The notes below the pieces were generated by a model. That model was not told the origin of the DNA. It did no database searches and saw only the letters and a program-made list of their open reading frames with translations. This document shows, piece by piece, positions 1 through 8,079 of a stretch of 64,000 nucleotides of DNA. How positions within the stretch are numbered: position 1 is the stretch's first letter; each line of letters begins with the position of its first letter. The stretch is from a virus: the IMG/VR virus record IMGVR_UViG_3300024346_000011; one strand, 5' to 3'. Position numbers and translations under genes: made by a program.

Positions 1-47
1 TTATTGTTTAGTAAATTTGTAGTTTTGTAAATTAAATAAAATTCCAT
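1..47 (-). CDS. N-terminus of a probable GIY-YIG (Seg-like) homing endonuclease, truncated by the window edge
   Basis: Not in the ORF track. ATG at 47 reads MEFYLIYKTTNLLNN(K), matching the typical YxIYKTTNLxNxKxYIG start of phage GIY-YIG endonucleases. A late promoter lies 20 nt upstream. Confidence 0.6.
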   Translation of the reverse strand, partial: MEFYLIYKTTNLLNN

Positions 48-90
48 AGCATTAAAGACATTTTATTTATATATCTTTAATGCTAGTGGA
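43..90 (-). promoter_or_regulatory. Translation-blocking hairpin with a late promoter (GATATATA, 68-75) in its loop
   Basis: Perfect 12-bp inverted repeat TAGCATTAAAGA (47-58) / TCTTTAATGCTA (74-85), extended past one bulge by TCCA/TGGA so that it covers the ATG. Confidence 0.65.
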
Positions 91-95
91 GATTT

Positions 96-548
96 CTAAA
101 AGTTGCCATAATTTACTTGGAAACATGTGATTCCATTGTCACGCCACATTTTAACTACTTTATCTCTATCGTCAAAGATGCATAAAACATCAGACTTATC
201 TGGAAACAATTGATCTAACCAATCCTGTTTTAATACATCATCTGGTGTAAAAGAACCTTCAGGTCTCATCTTTAATACGTCAAATGGTACACCGAATTGG
301 TTTAACCACGCAATAGTCTCTGTTCTACTAATAGAATCTCTACCAGAAAAGATAACTACAGAATGACCTTGTGCTTTTAACACCTTAGCCATTTCAATTA
401 CTGGAACATTTGGCTCGTCTAATTGAATATTCTCTGGCGCAAAGAAAGTTTGCCAGTTCATCTTACCATCAGGCTTTGTTGCCTTTACTCTTCGCTTGTC
501 AATGATGGCCAATGTGCCATCTAAATCAAAAATTACTACCTTTTTCAT
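96..548 (-). CDS. HAD-family phosphatase (PseT/PNKP 3'-phosphatase-like, standalone domain)
   Basis: Motifs FDLDGTL, FSGR, LKMRP, FDDR and CFQV. Confidence 0.85.
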   Translation of the reverse strand: MKKVVIFDLDGTLAIIDKRRVKATKPDGKMNWQTFFAPENIQLDEPNVPVIEMAKVLKAQGHSVVIFSGRDSISRTETIAWLNQFGVPFDVLKMRPEGSFTPDDVLKQDWLDQLFPDKSDVLCIFDDRDKVVKMWRDNGITCFQVNYGNF

Positions 549-551
549 ATA

Positions 552-869
552 TTATGCTATAAACCAATCTGCTTCATTAAACACTTCAACGGATTCGCTG
601 CCATCGTATTCATTGATACGAAATCTATGGCCTTCTTCAACCCATACAACCTTTAAGTCATCCAAATCAGTGAGGTATAAACCACCAACAGCAACAGAAT
701 TGTATTTTTCATTAGCAATGTATTCAAAGCGGGTCATGTCGCCACTTAAGAATGCTTCAACTAAATCAAAGTCAATTGCCATTTCCGGACAGTTCCATGT
801 ACTGAATCCTGCGCCGAATAACGGGCTTACTAGGACTGCGGTCTTACCGTCTTTCTTAAACATCTTCAT
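552..869 (-). CDS. Hypothetical phage protein, first gene after an early promoter
   Basis: Clean ORF with an A-rich initiation region; motifs LVSPxFGAGFSTWN and INEYDGSE. Confidence 0.75.
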   Translation of the reverse strand: MKMFKKDGKTAVLVSPLFGAGFSTWNCPEMAIDFDLVEAFLSGDMTRFEYIANEKYNSVAVGGLYLTDLDDLKVVWVEEGHRFRINEYDGSESVEVFNEADWFIA

Positions 870-891
870 AGATCTTCTTTTAATTATAGGA

Positions 892-923
892 TAAATATAA
901 GCAATTTCCGCGACATAAAAAAA
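892..923 (-). promoter_or_regulatory. Early-type promoter TTTTTTTATGTC-N11-TTATATTTA
   Basis: One of five intergenic copies with the same spacing (892, 4473, 14898, 31550, 60076). Confidence 0.75.
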
Positions 924-938
924 TCCTGAAGAAACTTT

Positions 939-1478
939 TTATAAAATTTTTACCGGTTTTTTGTATTTGTGACCCTTAGCATCCATATCCAAGTTCTTTT
1001 GAAATGGACAAGGTTGCCAATATCTCCACAATCCATCAATTGGTTCATAATTTGAAAGATTTTTAGGCTGTGCTCCGTTCTTAGAAAAACTGTTTGAATT
1101 CCTCCAAATCCATCGATCTTCGCAAATTCCAGTCTTTTGCCATTCATGTAGATCCATTAAAGTTTCAGCATACGTAACATCTGGATAGAGCCCGACTTTA
1201 AATCCAACCTCAGTAATCCAATCCAAAATTGGCTTAATCTTTTCTGGTTGATATGGCCCAACAACTGCCCAATCAATATCCCAAGTTAACCAGCCTTCTA
1301 AGATTCCTCCAACAATATAGAGCTCGAATCCCTCAAACAACTCTGGTTTACTTACGACTTGCCATACATTATTTAATAAGAGTGGGTGGTTATATTCAGA
1401 GATGCCATACCATGTATCTCCTGTGTAATTTCCAAATTGTATTTGACCTTTATAGGTTTGAGTTTGGTATGGGTGCAT
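939..1478 (-). CDS. Putative Pol-beta-superfamily nucleotidyltransferase-like protein
   Basis: hVGG-x7-WDIDW resembles the hG[GS]-xn-DhD motif. Confidence 0.45.
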   Translation of the reverse strand: MHPYQTQTYKGQIQFGNYTGDTWYGISEYNHPLLLNNVWQVVSKPELFEGFELYIVGGILEGWLTWDIDWAVVGPYQPEKIKPILDWITEVGFKVGLYPDVTYAETLMDLHEWQKTGICEDRWIWRNSNSFSKNGAQPKNLSNYEPIDGLWRYWQPCPFQKNLDMDAKGHKYKKPVKIL

Positions 1479-1480
1479 TC

Positions 1481-2425
1481 TTATTTGATTTCAAAACGCT
1501 CTGGATCTAATTCCAACGTTTTATTACACATAAAATCTGCTAATTCTGCTAAGTGCTTCGTTGTTTTTGCATCGCACTCACGACTATAAAAATCTTGGAA
1601 CACTTGCTTATAAATTTCAATTGTAGAATCATAAGGAACCCCTGGCTGTGCATTACTCTCAATCACATATAATTTACCAGATTGATCTTCCATAATATCG
1701 AAAGTAATGTATGGTAAATCTTGAAACATTCCACAGTATTTTTCAATAAGATCTTTAAACTTTTGTGGAATTTTAGCAACATCATGTTTAATATATTTAA
1801 ACATTGTTTGCTCATCTGCTTTACCATCACCATTTTTCGCCTTATCATTCATGGCCTTGCGCTCCATCCAGAAGAATGGTGCACCCTTGAAATTAATCAC
1901 TCTATGCTCAGACTTTTTATCAATAAATTCTGAGTATACATCGAATTTTGAGTGATCAGCATCATCAAAGCCCTTTTGATCTTTAAATACTTGAATACCC
2001 AAACCGCTGTGACCTTTTGCTGGCTTAGCAATCATTGGGAATCCCATCTTTAATGCATCTTCTTTAGAGTAACATGTTTGTGGAATATTCTCGTCGCCAT
2101 CTACAATCTTATGGAATTCTTTCTTAGAACCTGATTGCTTAATAAATTTTGGGTGATTATATACATTCTCATCCTTAATTAAACCTTCGTCAAGAAGGGT
2201 TTGACAAACCTTAGAATTGTAATTAAGAACTGGATATTCTGGATTAATATCAATATCCTTATAATTTTCAAGTGTTAACTGAATGAAAAACTTTGAGCCA
2301 GCAAAATCCTTATAGCTCCACCATCTATGACCACTTGCTGGATCTACACATAAGTACGCTTTATAAAGATCTTGAGGTTCTTGAGCTTCATTCAAGAATT
2401 CCTCAAATAATAGGATTCTTTTCAT
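1481..2425 (-). CDS. ATP-grasp ligase (RimK-like fold) with a CTS-like N-terminal leader
   Basis: Motifs FPMIAKPAKGHSGLGI, YSEFI, EHRV, FDIM and VIESNAQPG; leader MKRILLFEEFLNE. Confidence 0.8.
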   Translation of the reverse strand: MKRILLFEEFLNEAQEPQDLYKAYLCVDPASGHRWWSYKDFAGSKFFIQLTLENYKDIDINPEYPVLNYNSKVCQTLLDEGLIKDENVYNHPKFIKQSGSKKEFHKIVDGDENIPQTCYSKEDALKMGFPMIAKPAKGHSGLGIQVFKDQKGFDDADHSKFDVYSEFIDKKSEHRVINFKGAPFFWMERKAMNDKAKNGDGKADEQTMFKYIKHDVAKIPQKFKDLIEKYCGMFQDLPYITFDIMEDQSGKLYVIESNAQPGVPYDSTIEIYKQVFQDFYSRECDAKTTKHLAELADFMCNKTLELDPERFEIK

Positions 2426-2429
2426 ACAC

Positions 2430-2437
2430 TATATATC
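2430..2437 (-). promoter_or_regulatory. Late promoter GATATATA
   Basis: The octamer recurs just upstream of late genes. Confidence 0.65.
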
Positions 2438-3032
2438 AAAAGTATAACTCTTTCAGTTTAGTTAATGGATACTGGTTATCGTCGGATTCTGATCTCTCTG
2501 GGTGCCATTGAACCGCCCAAATCTTATGCTCTACATCTTCAAATGCTTCAACAACATTACTACCAAAAGAAGTATGAGTAACTTTAAAGTTTGGTGCAAG
2601 TTCGCTGCAATATTGATGATGTCTAGAATTTACCTTCATTGTATTTCCATAACGATCAATTACAAAGTGAAAGTTTGAAAGTCGATGTGTGTGATCAGTA
2701 TCGTCCATAAACACATCGCATGTATGATCCTCTTCTATAAGTTCTGGAAGATCTTCAACCAATCCATCAAAATACGAGTTTAAGATTTGCATTCCTCGAC
2801 AAATACCAATAATTGGTTGATTATTTGCCAATGCATTTTGAATCCAATGATACTCTAATGAATCTCTGGTTAAATTCTTGCCAATATCTGCACCCCCGCA
2901 GAGGATTAATGGTAAATAAATTTGCTGAATCTTAGGTTCTAGAATGATAGGAGTGAACCCATAGGATGATAGCCATTCTAAATATGATTTGAGTTCAATA
3001 TTTCCCTTAGGTGGGGCAAGTAATACCTCCAT
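2436..3032 (-). CDS. Class I glutamine amidotransferase / peptidase C26 (gamma-glutamyl hydrolase family)
   Basis: Motifs CGGADI, GICRGMQ (catalytic Cys), VNSRHHQ and VQWHPE (His-Glu). Confidence 0.9.
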   Translation of the reverse strand: MEVLLAPPKGNIELKSYLEWLSSYGFTPIILEPKIQQIYLPLILCGGADIGKNLTRDSLEYHWIQNALANNQPIIGICRGMQILNSYFDGLVEDLPELIEEDHTCDVFMDDTDHTHRLSNFHFVIDRYGNTMKVNSRHHQYCSELAPNFKVTHTSFGSNVVEAFEDVEHKIWAVQWHPERSESDDNQYPLTKLKELYF

Positions 3033-3036
3033 ATTT

Positions 3037-3044
3037 TATATATC
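3037..3044 (-). promoter_or_regulatory. Late promoter GATATATA
   Basis: Octamer 4 nt upstream of the C26 start codon. Confidence 0.6.
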
Positions 3045-3045
3045 A

Positions 3046-3558
3046 TTATCCCAAGTATTCTAGCACTGAAGACCAGTTTGGAAATTTCTCACTACCAAAT
3101 AAGATATGTTCTCCTTCGAATTGTGCAGCGCCATTAGCCTTACGATCATCAATTAAGAAATCTCCACGATTAAGATGTTTATTATGCGTAAGTATTAATC
3201 GCTTATATGCCATTTCTCCAAGGTGCTTTGCAACCCAAAGACGTTTATGCATCCATGCTTCTGGATTTCCCCATGGTGCAGTGGATAAAATATAGCAATC
3301 ATATTTTTGAGAAAGTTCTTGGAAAGCAAAAAGGGCACCTGGTATTGGGTCTAAATCATTAAAAATACCGGGAATCTCGTCGACATTCTTACCATATTTT
3401 AGACAGAGGTCTGGAGTTAGCCGAGTTGCAAGAGCTTTATTGAAGTCGGCTAAGACTCCATCCATGTCGAAATAAACAATCTGTCGCCTTTTAGAATTTT
3501 GGGCCGTTGCCGCGCTTGGCATCGGAACCTCGGCGGGATTTTCCATCCAACTTTCCAT
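3046..3558 (-). CDS. 5'(3')-deoxyribonucleotidase (NT5C, HAD family)
   Basis: Motifs FDMDGVLADF, ILSTAPW, KRLWV and GDFLIDDR. Start codon uncertain. Confidence 0.9.
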   Translation of the reverse strand: MESWMENPAEVPMPSAATAQNSKRRQIVYFDMDGVLADFNKALATRLTPDLCLKYGKNVDEIPGIFNDLDPIPGALFAFQELSQKYDCYILSTAPWGNPEAWMHKRLWVAKHLGEMAYKRLILTHNKHLNRGDFLIDDRKANGAAQFEGEHILFGSEKFPNWSSVLEYLG

Positions 3559-3646
3559 CTTTCATTTTTTTAATTTTGTTCTTGTTTCTAGGCTGAAAAC
3601 CGTTTTCCTCCTCCTCTTTGAAATAATCAAAATTATTCCATTTCAT
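3491..3646 (-). CDS. Small basic hypothetical protein
   Basis: ATG at 3646 (MKWNNFDYFKEEEENG) overlaps the end of the upstream gene; the ORF also overlaps the NT5C start. Confidence 0.4.
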   Translation of the reverse strand: MKWNNFDYFKEEEENGFQPRNKNKIKKMKDGKLDGKSRRGSDAKRGNGPKF

Positions 3647-3845
3647 GACTCTTGATTTTGTATTTAGATTTATATTTGTTGATAAAACTTTCGCCCATTC
3701 CAATTTCAATAATCTCGTATTGGTTTGGAATTAATGGAGATCGTGCATTTATATTGATGATACGATCTGGTGTCTTTTCGTTTTGAAATACTTTTATGTA
3801 GCATTTCTTTGAGGTTTCACTCTTTTTATAAACTACTACAATCAT
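3633..3845 (-). CDS. Hypothetical protein
   Basis: TAATG-coupled to the sigma factor gene. Confidence 0.65.
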   Translation of the reverse strand: MIVVVYKKSETSKKCYIKVFQNEKTPDRIININARSPLIPNQYEIIEIGMGESFINKYKSKYKIKSHEME

Positions 3846-4444
3846 TACAATTTGATTTGCTCAGCAATAAGTGCTTTACCACGACGAATACGATTCTTAA
3901 CGGTTTGCAAAGGAAGATCGTACTTATCTGCAATTTCATCGTATTTCATATTGTTAATCAAGCGATCTACTACGATCTCTTTGTACATTCCTTTAAGACC
4001 ATCCATTGCTTTAAGAGCACCTTCATACATTTGCATGATTTCATTGTCTTCGTCAATAAAATCTTGTTCAGTCATTTGGTAATAATCGTCTAGCATATCA
4101 GTCGCTGAGAGGCTAGTAGTACCAGATGCAGTAACTTCTACACCAAACTCAGAAAGTGCATCTAGTGAGCTGCTACGATTGCGCTTGTTGATATAACCAA
4201 GACTCTCATTGAATGCAATGCGATACAACCAAGTAGTGATTTGGTATTGTGGATCGTATTGTTCGATCTTAGTCCACATTTTAGTCAAAGTGTTTACTGC
4301 AATATCTTCAGCAATGTCGCGATCTTTGACAATCTTGTTAATGTAAGCTGTTAAACCTGGCTTAATACGGTAATAGAGCTTAGTGAATGATTCTTCTGAC
4401 TTGGTTTGGATGAAATCTTCTGTGAGGTCGCGATAGTTTGCCAT
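3845..4444 (-). CDS. ECF-type sigma-70 factor (candidate middle-gene sigma)
   Basis: Region 2 AEDIA...TTWLYRIAFN; region 4 YDEIADKYDLPLQTVKNRIRRGK. Likely start MANYRD at 4444, just after an early promoter. Confidence 0.9.
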   Translation of the reverse strand: MANYRDLTEDFIQTKSEESFTKLYYRIKPGLTAYINKIVKDRDIAEDIAVNTLTKMWTKIEQYDPQYQITTWLYRIAFNESLGYINKRNRSSSLDALSEFGVEVTASGTTSLSATDMLDDYYQMTEQDFIDEDNEIMQMYEGALKAMDGLKGMYKEIVVDRLINNMKYDEIADKYDLPLQTVKNRIRRGKALIAEQIKL

Positions 4445-4472
4445 ATCTTTGTTCTTTGTTTTAATTATAGAG

Positions 4473-4504
4473 TAAATATAACACAAAAACCTGACATAAA
4501 AAAA
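4473..4504 (-). promoter_or_regulatory. Early-type promoter
   Basis: TTTTTTTATGTC-N11-TTATATTTA copy. Confidence 0.75.
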
Positions 4505-4531
4505 TATTTATGCAACTTTTTTCATTTTTTT

Positions 4532-5062
4532 TTACTTCAAATCTGGATCTTTGAATAAATTCATTAGATCCACAACATTAACTGGCTTAAAATCCCAGTA
4601 ATCAGCTGATACGTTAATTCTGCTTGCCTTGTGATTGGTCTTATATTTATTGTTATGGATTCCAACCACAGAGATAGCGCCCTTATCTTTATTTGGCCAA
4701 TCTTGTAAAGGCCAATAGGATACGCATACATTAAGACTTTTTAAGTATTTGACCCCTTCATTTGTGATGGCAATTCCTAACTCTTCACCATATCGTTGGG
4801 CAATTTCATAAGTTGCATGATCCCATTTACCGGCCATTACAACGATATCACCATTTAGACGCTTTACGACATCTTCAGCGGTTTCAGGATCCCACGCGAA
4901 GTTTCCAGCAACATAGACTATATCATCTTCGCCGACGACACTGTTCCATTGCTCAATCATATATTCATCCATAGCCTCAACGCTAATAAAATCGCGCTGA
5001 AATTCTTGAATTGCATTGTGTCTACCAAACTGTTGGTTAGACGTAATAAACATTTTCTTCAT
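4532..5062 (-). CDS. Calcineurin-like metallophosphoesterase-fold protein, catalytically degenerate
   Basis: Family scaffold present (MDEYMIEQWNSVVGEDDIVY, RLNG, RINVSADYWDFKPV), but metal motifs are altered: SNQQFG, AGNF, GKWD, SYWP, VGIH. Confidence 0.7.
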   Translation of the reverse strand: MKKMFITSNQQFGRHNAIQEFQRDFISVEAMDEYMIEQWNSVVGEDDIVYVAGNFAWDPETAEDVVKRLNGDIVVMAGKWDHATYEIAQRYGEELGIAITNEGVKYLKSLNVCVSYWPLQDWPNKDKGAISVVGIHNNKYKTNHKASRINVSADYWDFKPVNVVDLMNLFKDPDLK

Positions 5063-5598
5063 TAAATTACAATGAATTTGATGTTAAAGTTATCCCAGAT
5101 GTTATTTAAAAATGCTTGTTCTGTAATCGCAGTTGAACCGTTTCTAATTCTGCCGTCTTCACTCGTATCGATAAATTGGTAAAGTACAAAATCAAATGAT
5201 GTTGAATAAATCATTGCTTGACCAAAACCTTCACGAAGAGCAGAACCACGATTTCCTTTTTTGATTTCAATGGCAATTTTAATTCCTTCAATATCAACTG
5301 TCATATCTGGACGATTGGCAGTTCCCATGAATTGGATATTTTTAACGGTTGTATTAACATTACCTTCCCATTTAATCATAGTTTTAGCCTTCTCTCTGGC
5401 TAGAGAGCGGCTAAAACCTTTTCTTTCCATCACGTAATCTGTTAATTTATTTAACAGGGTTGGATAGATTAATTGTTTGATCTTATCTTCAGATTGATTT
5501 CTATAATCAATTGTTTCAAAGATCTCTCCACTTGAGATGCCTTCTTGGATCATCTCAAGAATTGTGATTCTATTCTTACTCTTACTGGCTAATTTCAT
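5062..5598 (-). CDS. PD-(D/E)XK nuclease-superfamily protein
   Basis: RPDMTV...IAIEIKK...GFGQAMIY. Confidence 0.65.
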   Translation of the reverse strand: MKLASKSKNRITILEMIQEGISSGEIFETIDYRNQSEDKIKQLIYPTLLNKLTDYVMERKGFSRSLAREKAKTMIKWEGNVNTTVKNIQFMGTANRPDMTVDIEGIKIAIEIKKGNRGSALREGFGQAMIYSTSFDFVLYQFIDTSEDGRIRNGSTAITEQAFLNNIWDNFNIKFIVI

Positions 5599-6094
5599 CA
5601 GCTTCTACGGTTTCTTTTGAGAACGCCGTAATAGCCGCATCAAGCTCTGCAAGAACAACATGCTTATCTTGGATAGCTTTATTAGCTGCAGCCATTTGAT
5701 TCATTGCTTGAGTGATTTGAGCTCCGACGTTCGTTAATAGTTTAGTGAATGTGCGAGCAGATTCAACGCCTACACCTTCGATATTCGTTAATACTTGATA
5801 AAGCGTATTAAGATCTAATGCTGAAAGACCAATTACACTAGATTCATCTTCTGTCTTTTGAATCGCAGTCTTTTCAGTTTTCAAGTTATCGTACAAGTTA
5901 ATTACTAATGCTGCATTCTTAATAGTCCATGTGTAAGACTTATCAATTTGTTTAAGAATAGCATTAACATTTGCTACAGATTCAAAATCAACATCATATT
6001 TAGCAGATGCCATTGCTTCTTGCATTTCATTTACTTCTGCTTCAAGTTCAGTACGTTGTTCAATGAGTTGGTCTTTTGTAAGTTCTGTTTTCAT
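5582..6094 (-). CDS. Hypothetical helical/coiled-coil protein
   Basis: Long ORF in the operon with heptad-like composition. Confidence 0.75.
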   Translation of the reverse strand: MKTELTKDQLIEQRTELEAEVNEMQEAMASAKYDVDFESVANVNAILKQIDKSYTWTIKNAALVINLYDNLKTEKTAIQKTEDESSVIGLSALDLNTLYQVLTNIEGVGVESARTFTKLLTNVGAQITQAMNQMAAANKAIQDKHVVLAELDAAITAFSKETVEADEISQ

Positions 6095-6109
6095 AATTTA
6101 TTTATTTGT

Positions 6110-6595
6110 TTAAAAATCATCATTAGTTATTCTACAGTCAAAATTAGAAAAGTTTCGAAATTGTTTATCATCTTCTCTAATTCTTCTATATGGATCATCT
6201 GCATCTTTGTAATCTTTGCGACTTAGAAGTCTTTTAAGTCTAACTTCTCGGTCAATATCCATATAGATTACGAAGAGCCTTTCACGGTATTCAGGTTCTA
6301 AGAGCTCAACTGCTTCTGCATTCAAAATCATTACGTCGCATCGCTCAAACTCGGGTTTCATTAAACCATATTTCCAGTTATTAAACTCTTGCCACTCTGC
6401 AAATAGACCATTTTCAATTCCAGCGTTAAATTCTTCGTCAGTTAGATAGTAATAATCTTTACCATGAACTTCGCCTGGTCTTGCAGGTCTTGTAGTGCAT
6501 GAAATACCAAAAACAAATCCGCGGTCTTGGAACTTTTGTCTCAAATGATCTTTACCGGCGGCGCCGGGTCCGACAATTGCTATTTTACTCTGCAT
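6110..6595 (-). CDS. gmk: Guanylate kinase
   Basis: P-loop GPGAAGKD; SCTTRPARPGEVHGKDYYY; KYG. Confidence 0.9.
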   Translation of the reverse strand: MQSKIAIVGPGAAGKDHLRQKFQDRGFVFGISCTTRPARPGEVHGKDYYYLTDEEFNAGIENGLFAEWQEFNNWKYGLMKPEFERCDVMILNAEAVELLEPEYRERLFVIYMDIDREVRLKRLLSRKDYKDADDPYRRIREDDKQFRNFSNFDCRITNDDF

Positions 6596-7463
6596 GTACC
6601 TTATTTTTTACAGAATTAATCCAAGATTCAAGTGATTCTTCTGGTTTCCAGCCAAGTCGCTGTTCAGTATCTGACGGAAATTCTTCACTGGTAAATCTTT
6701 CGCCGCGGCGTTCAGGTACAAATTCCCATTCTCCAAACATTTCAGCAACATCAACAATAGATACATTAACACCACTTCTTAGATGCCATTCATGTCGATC
6801 ATTTCTTTGTGCAACTTTAATTAATCCACGTACAATATCAGAAATATGCGTAAAATCGCGGCTTTGAGTACCTGGTGTTACAACCGTACACTTTTTACCA
6901 GAATTATATTGGCGTTCAAAGATACCAATTACAGTTGCATAATCACCGGTCATAATCTGGCCTGGGCCATACACATTAAAAAAATAAGTAATTTCATAAT
7001 CTAGATTATACCATTCACCATAATTTTTAATTAGTTCAACCATTTTAGATTTAGCCCAGGAGTATGGTGAAAGGTTTTCATCTTTACCACCATTACCAAA
7101 TTTAGAACTTGATGCTGAATAAATTAATTTAGCACCCCACTGTCGACATAATTCTAAAATCCTCGGCGTACCCATTAAAATTGCGTCATGAACAACTTGA
7201 ACGTCATCAAATGATTTAACAATACGCGAATATTCTGCAAAATGGAATACCGTATCAAAAGGAATTTCGAGATCTTTAAAGATCATGTGTGCATCTGCAG
7301 TATGACCATGATAATATTCAACTCCAGAAACATGATTCTCCTGTTTACCAGTAAAATAATTGTCTAGAGAAACTATGCGAGCTTCTGGATATTCTTGTTT
7401 GAGTCGTTTAATCAGGTTAGATCCAACAAATCCGGCGCCTCCTGTTACTAAAATGTTTTTCAT
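6585..7463 (-). CDS. NAD-dependent nucleotide-sugar epimerase/dehydratase (extended SDR)
   Basis: VTGGAGFVGS, YSASSS, YxxxK (YSWAK), FNVYGP, RDFTHISD. Likely start MKNILV. Confidence 0.9.
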   Translation of the reverse strand: MKNILVTGGAGFVGSNLIKRLKQEYPEARIVSLDNYFTGKQENHVSGVEYYHGHTADAHMIFKDLEIPFDTVFHFAEYSRIVKSFDDVQVVHDAILMGTPRILELCRQWGAKLIYSASSSKFGNGGKDENLSPYSWAKSKMVELIKNYGEWYNLDYEITYFFNVYGPGQIMTGDYATVIGIFERQYNSGKKCTVVTPGTQSRDFTHISDIVRGLIKVAQRNDRHEWHLRSGVNVSIVDVAEMFGEWEFVPERRGERFTSEEFPSDTEQRLGWKPEESLESWINSVKNKVHAE

Positions 7464-7473
7464 AAAATAGTTT

Positions 7474-8076
7474 TTATTTTTCGTATTCAAAGACTTCAAA
7501 ATCTCTTTCATATAATTCATACACCATCTTTTTCAATTCTGGTGTGTAATATTCTTCCCATGTTCGACCACCAATCCGATTAACGGATGCGTTTTCAACC
7601 TTTAATTTAGTTGGTAGGGCTGAGAATCTTTTAGGAACATGTTCCATAATTTTTGCTTGGACTGCAGGCCATTCTTCATCTAATTTTTCATATCGCATAA
7701 TCTTATCAACCAACACAATCTTCTTAATTGATACAAATCTGTGCTGTGGCCAAAAGAAAACATCGTAGTTTGTATAGAAGAATGGGCCCATTTTGTAAAA
7801 ATATTCAACCAATTCTGGAAAACTTAGATCCTTTAATTCCCAATCGCCCTGCTTTAAAAATTCATACGCAGAAACCAAGCGATCGTATGGATTTCTACAA
7901 ATTGCAAATGAATAATAGCTTTCAACCAATTCTGGATCGTTGTATGACAAAATGTCAACATACATCATGTGATCATGTCGATTGTCAGTTTGATTTTCCA
8001 TAATTCTATGGATAGCCGAAGATGCATTTTTTGGAATCTGAACAAATACAGATCGCCATTTGTGGTATACGCTCAT
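7474..8076 (-). CDS. Sulfotransferase family 2 (carbohydrate sulfotransferase-like)
   Basis: 5'-PSB IPKNASSAI; 3'-PB RNPYDRLVSAY; C-terminal YERDFEVFEY. Confidence 0.85.
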   Translation of the reverse strand: MSVYHKWRSVFVQIPKNASSAIHRIMENQTDNRHDHMMYVDILSYNDPELVESYYSFAICRNPYDRLVSAYEFLKQGDWELKDLSFPELVEYFYKMGPFFYTNYDVFFWPQHRFVSIKKIVLVDKIMRYEKLDEEWPAVQAKIMEHVPKRFSALPTKLKVENASVNRIGGRTWEEYYTPELKKMVYELYERDFEVFEYEK

Positions 8077-8079
8077 ATC

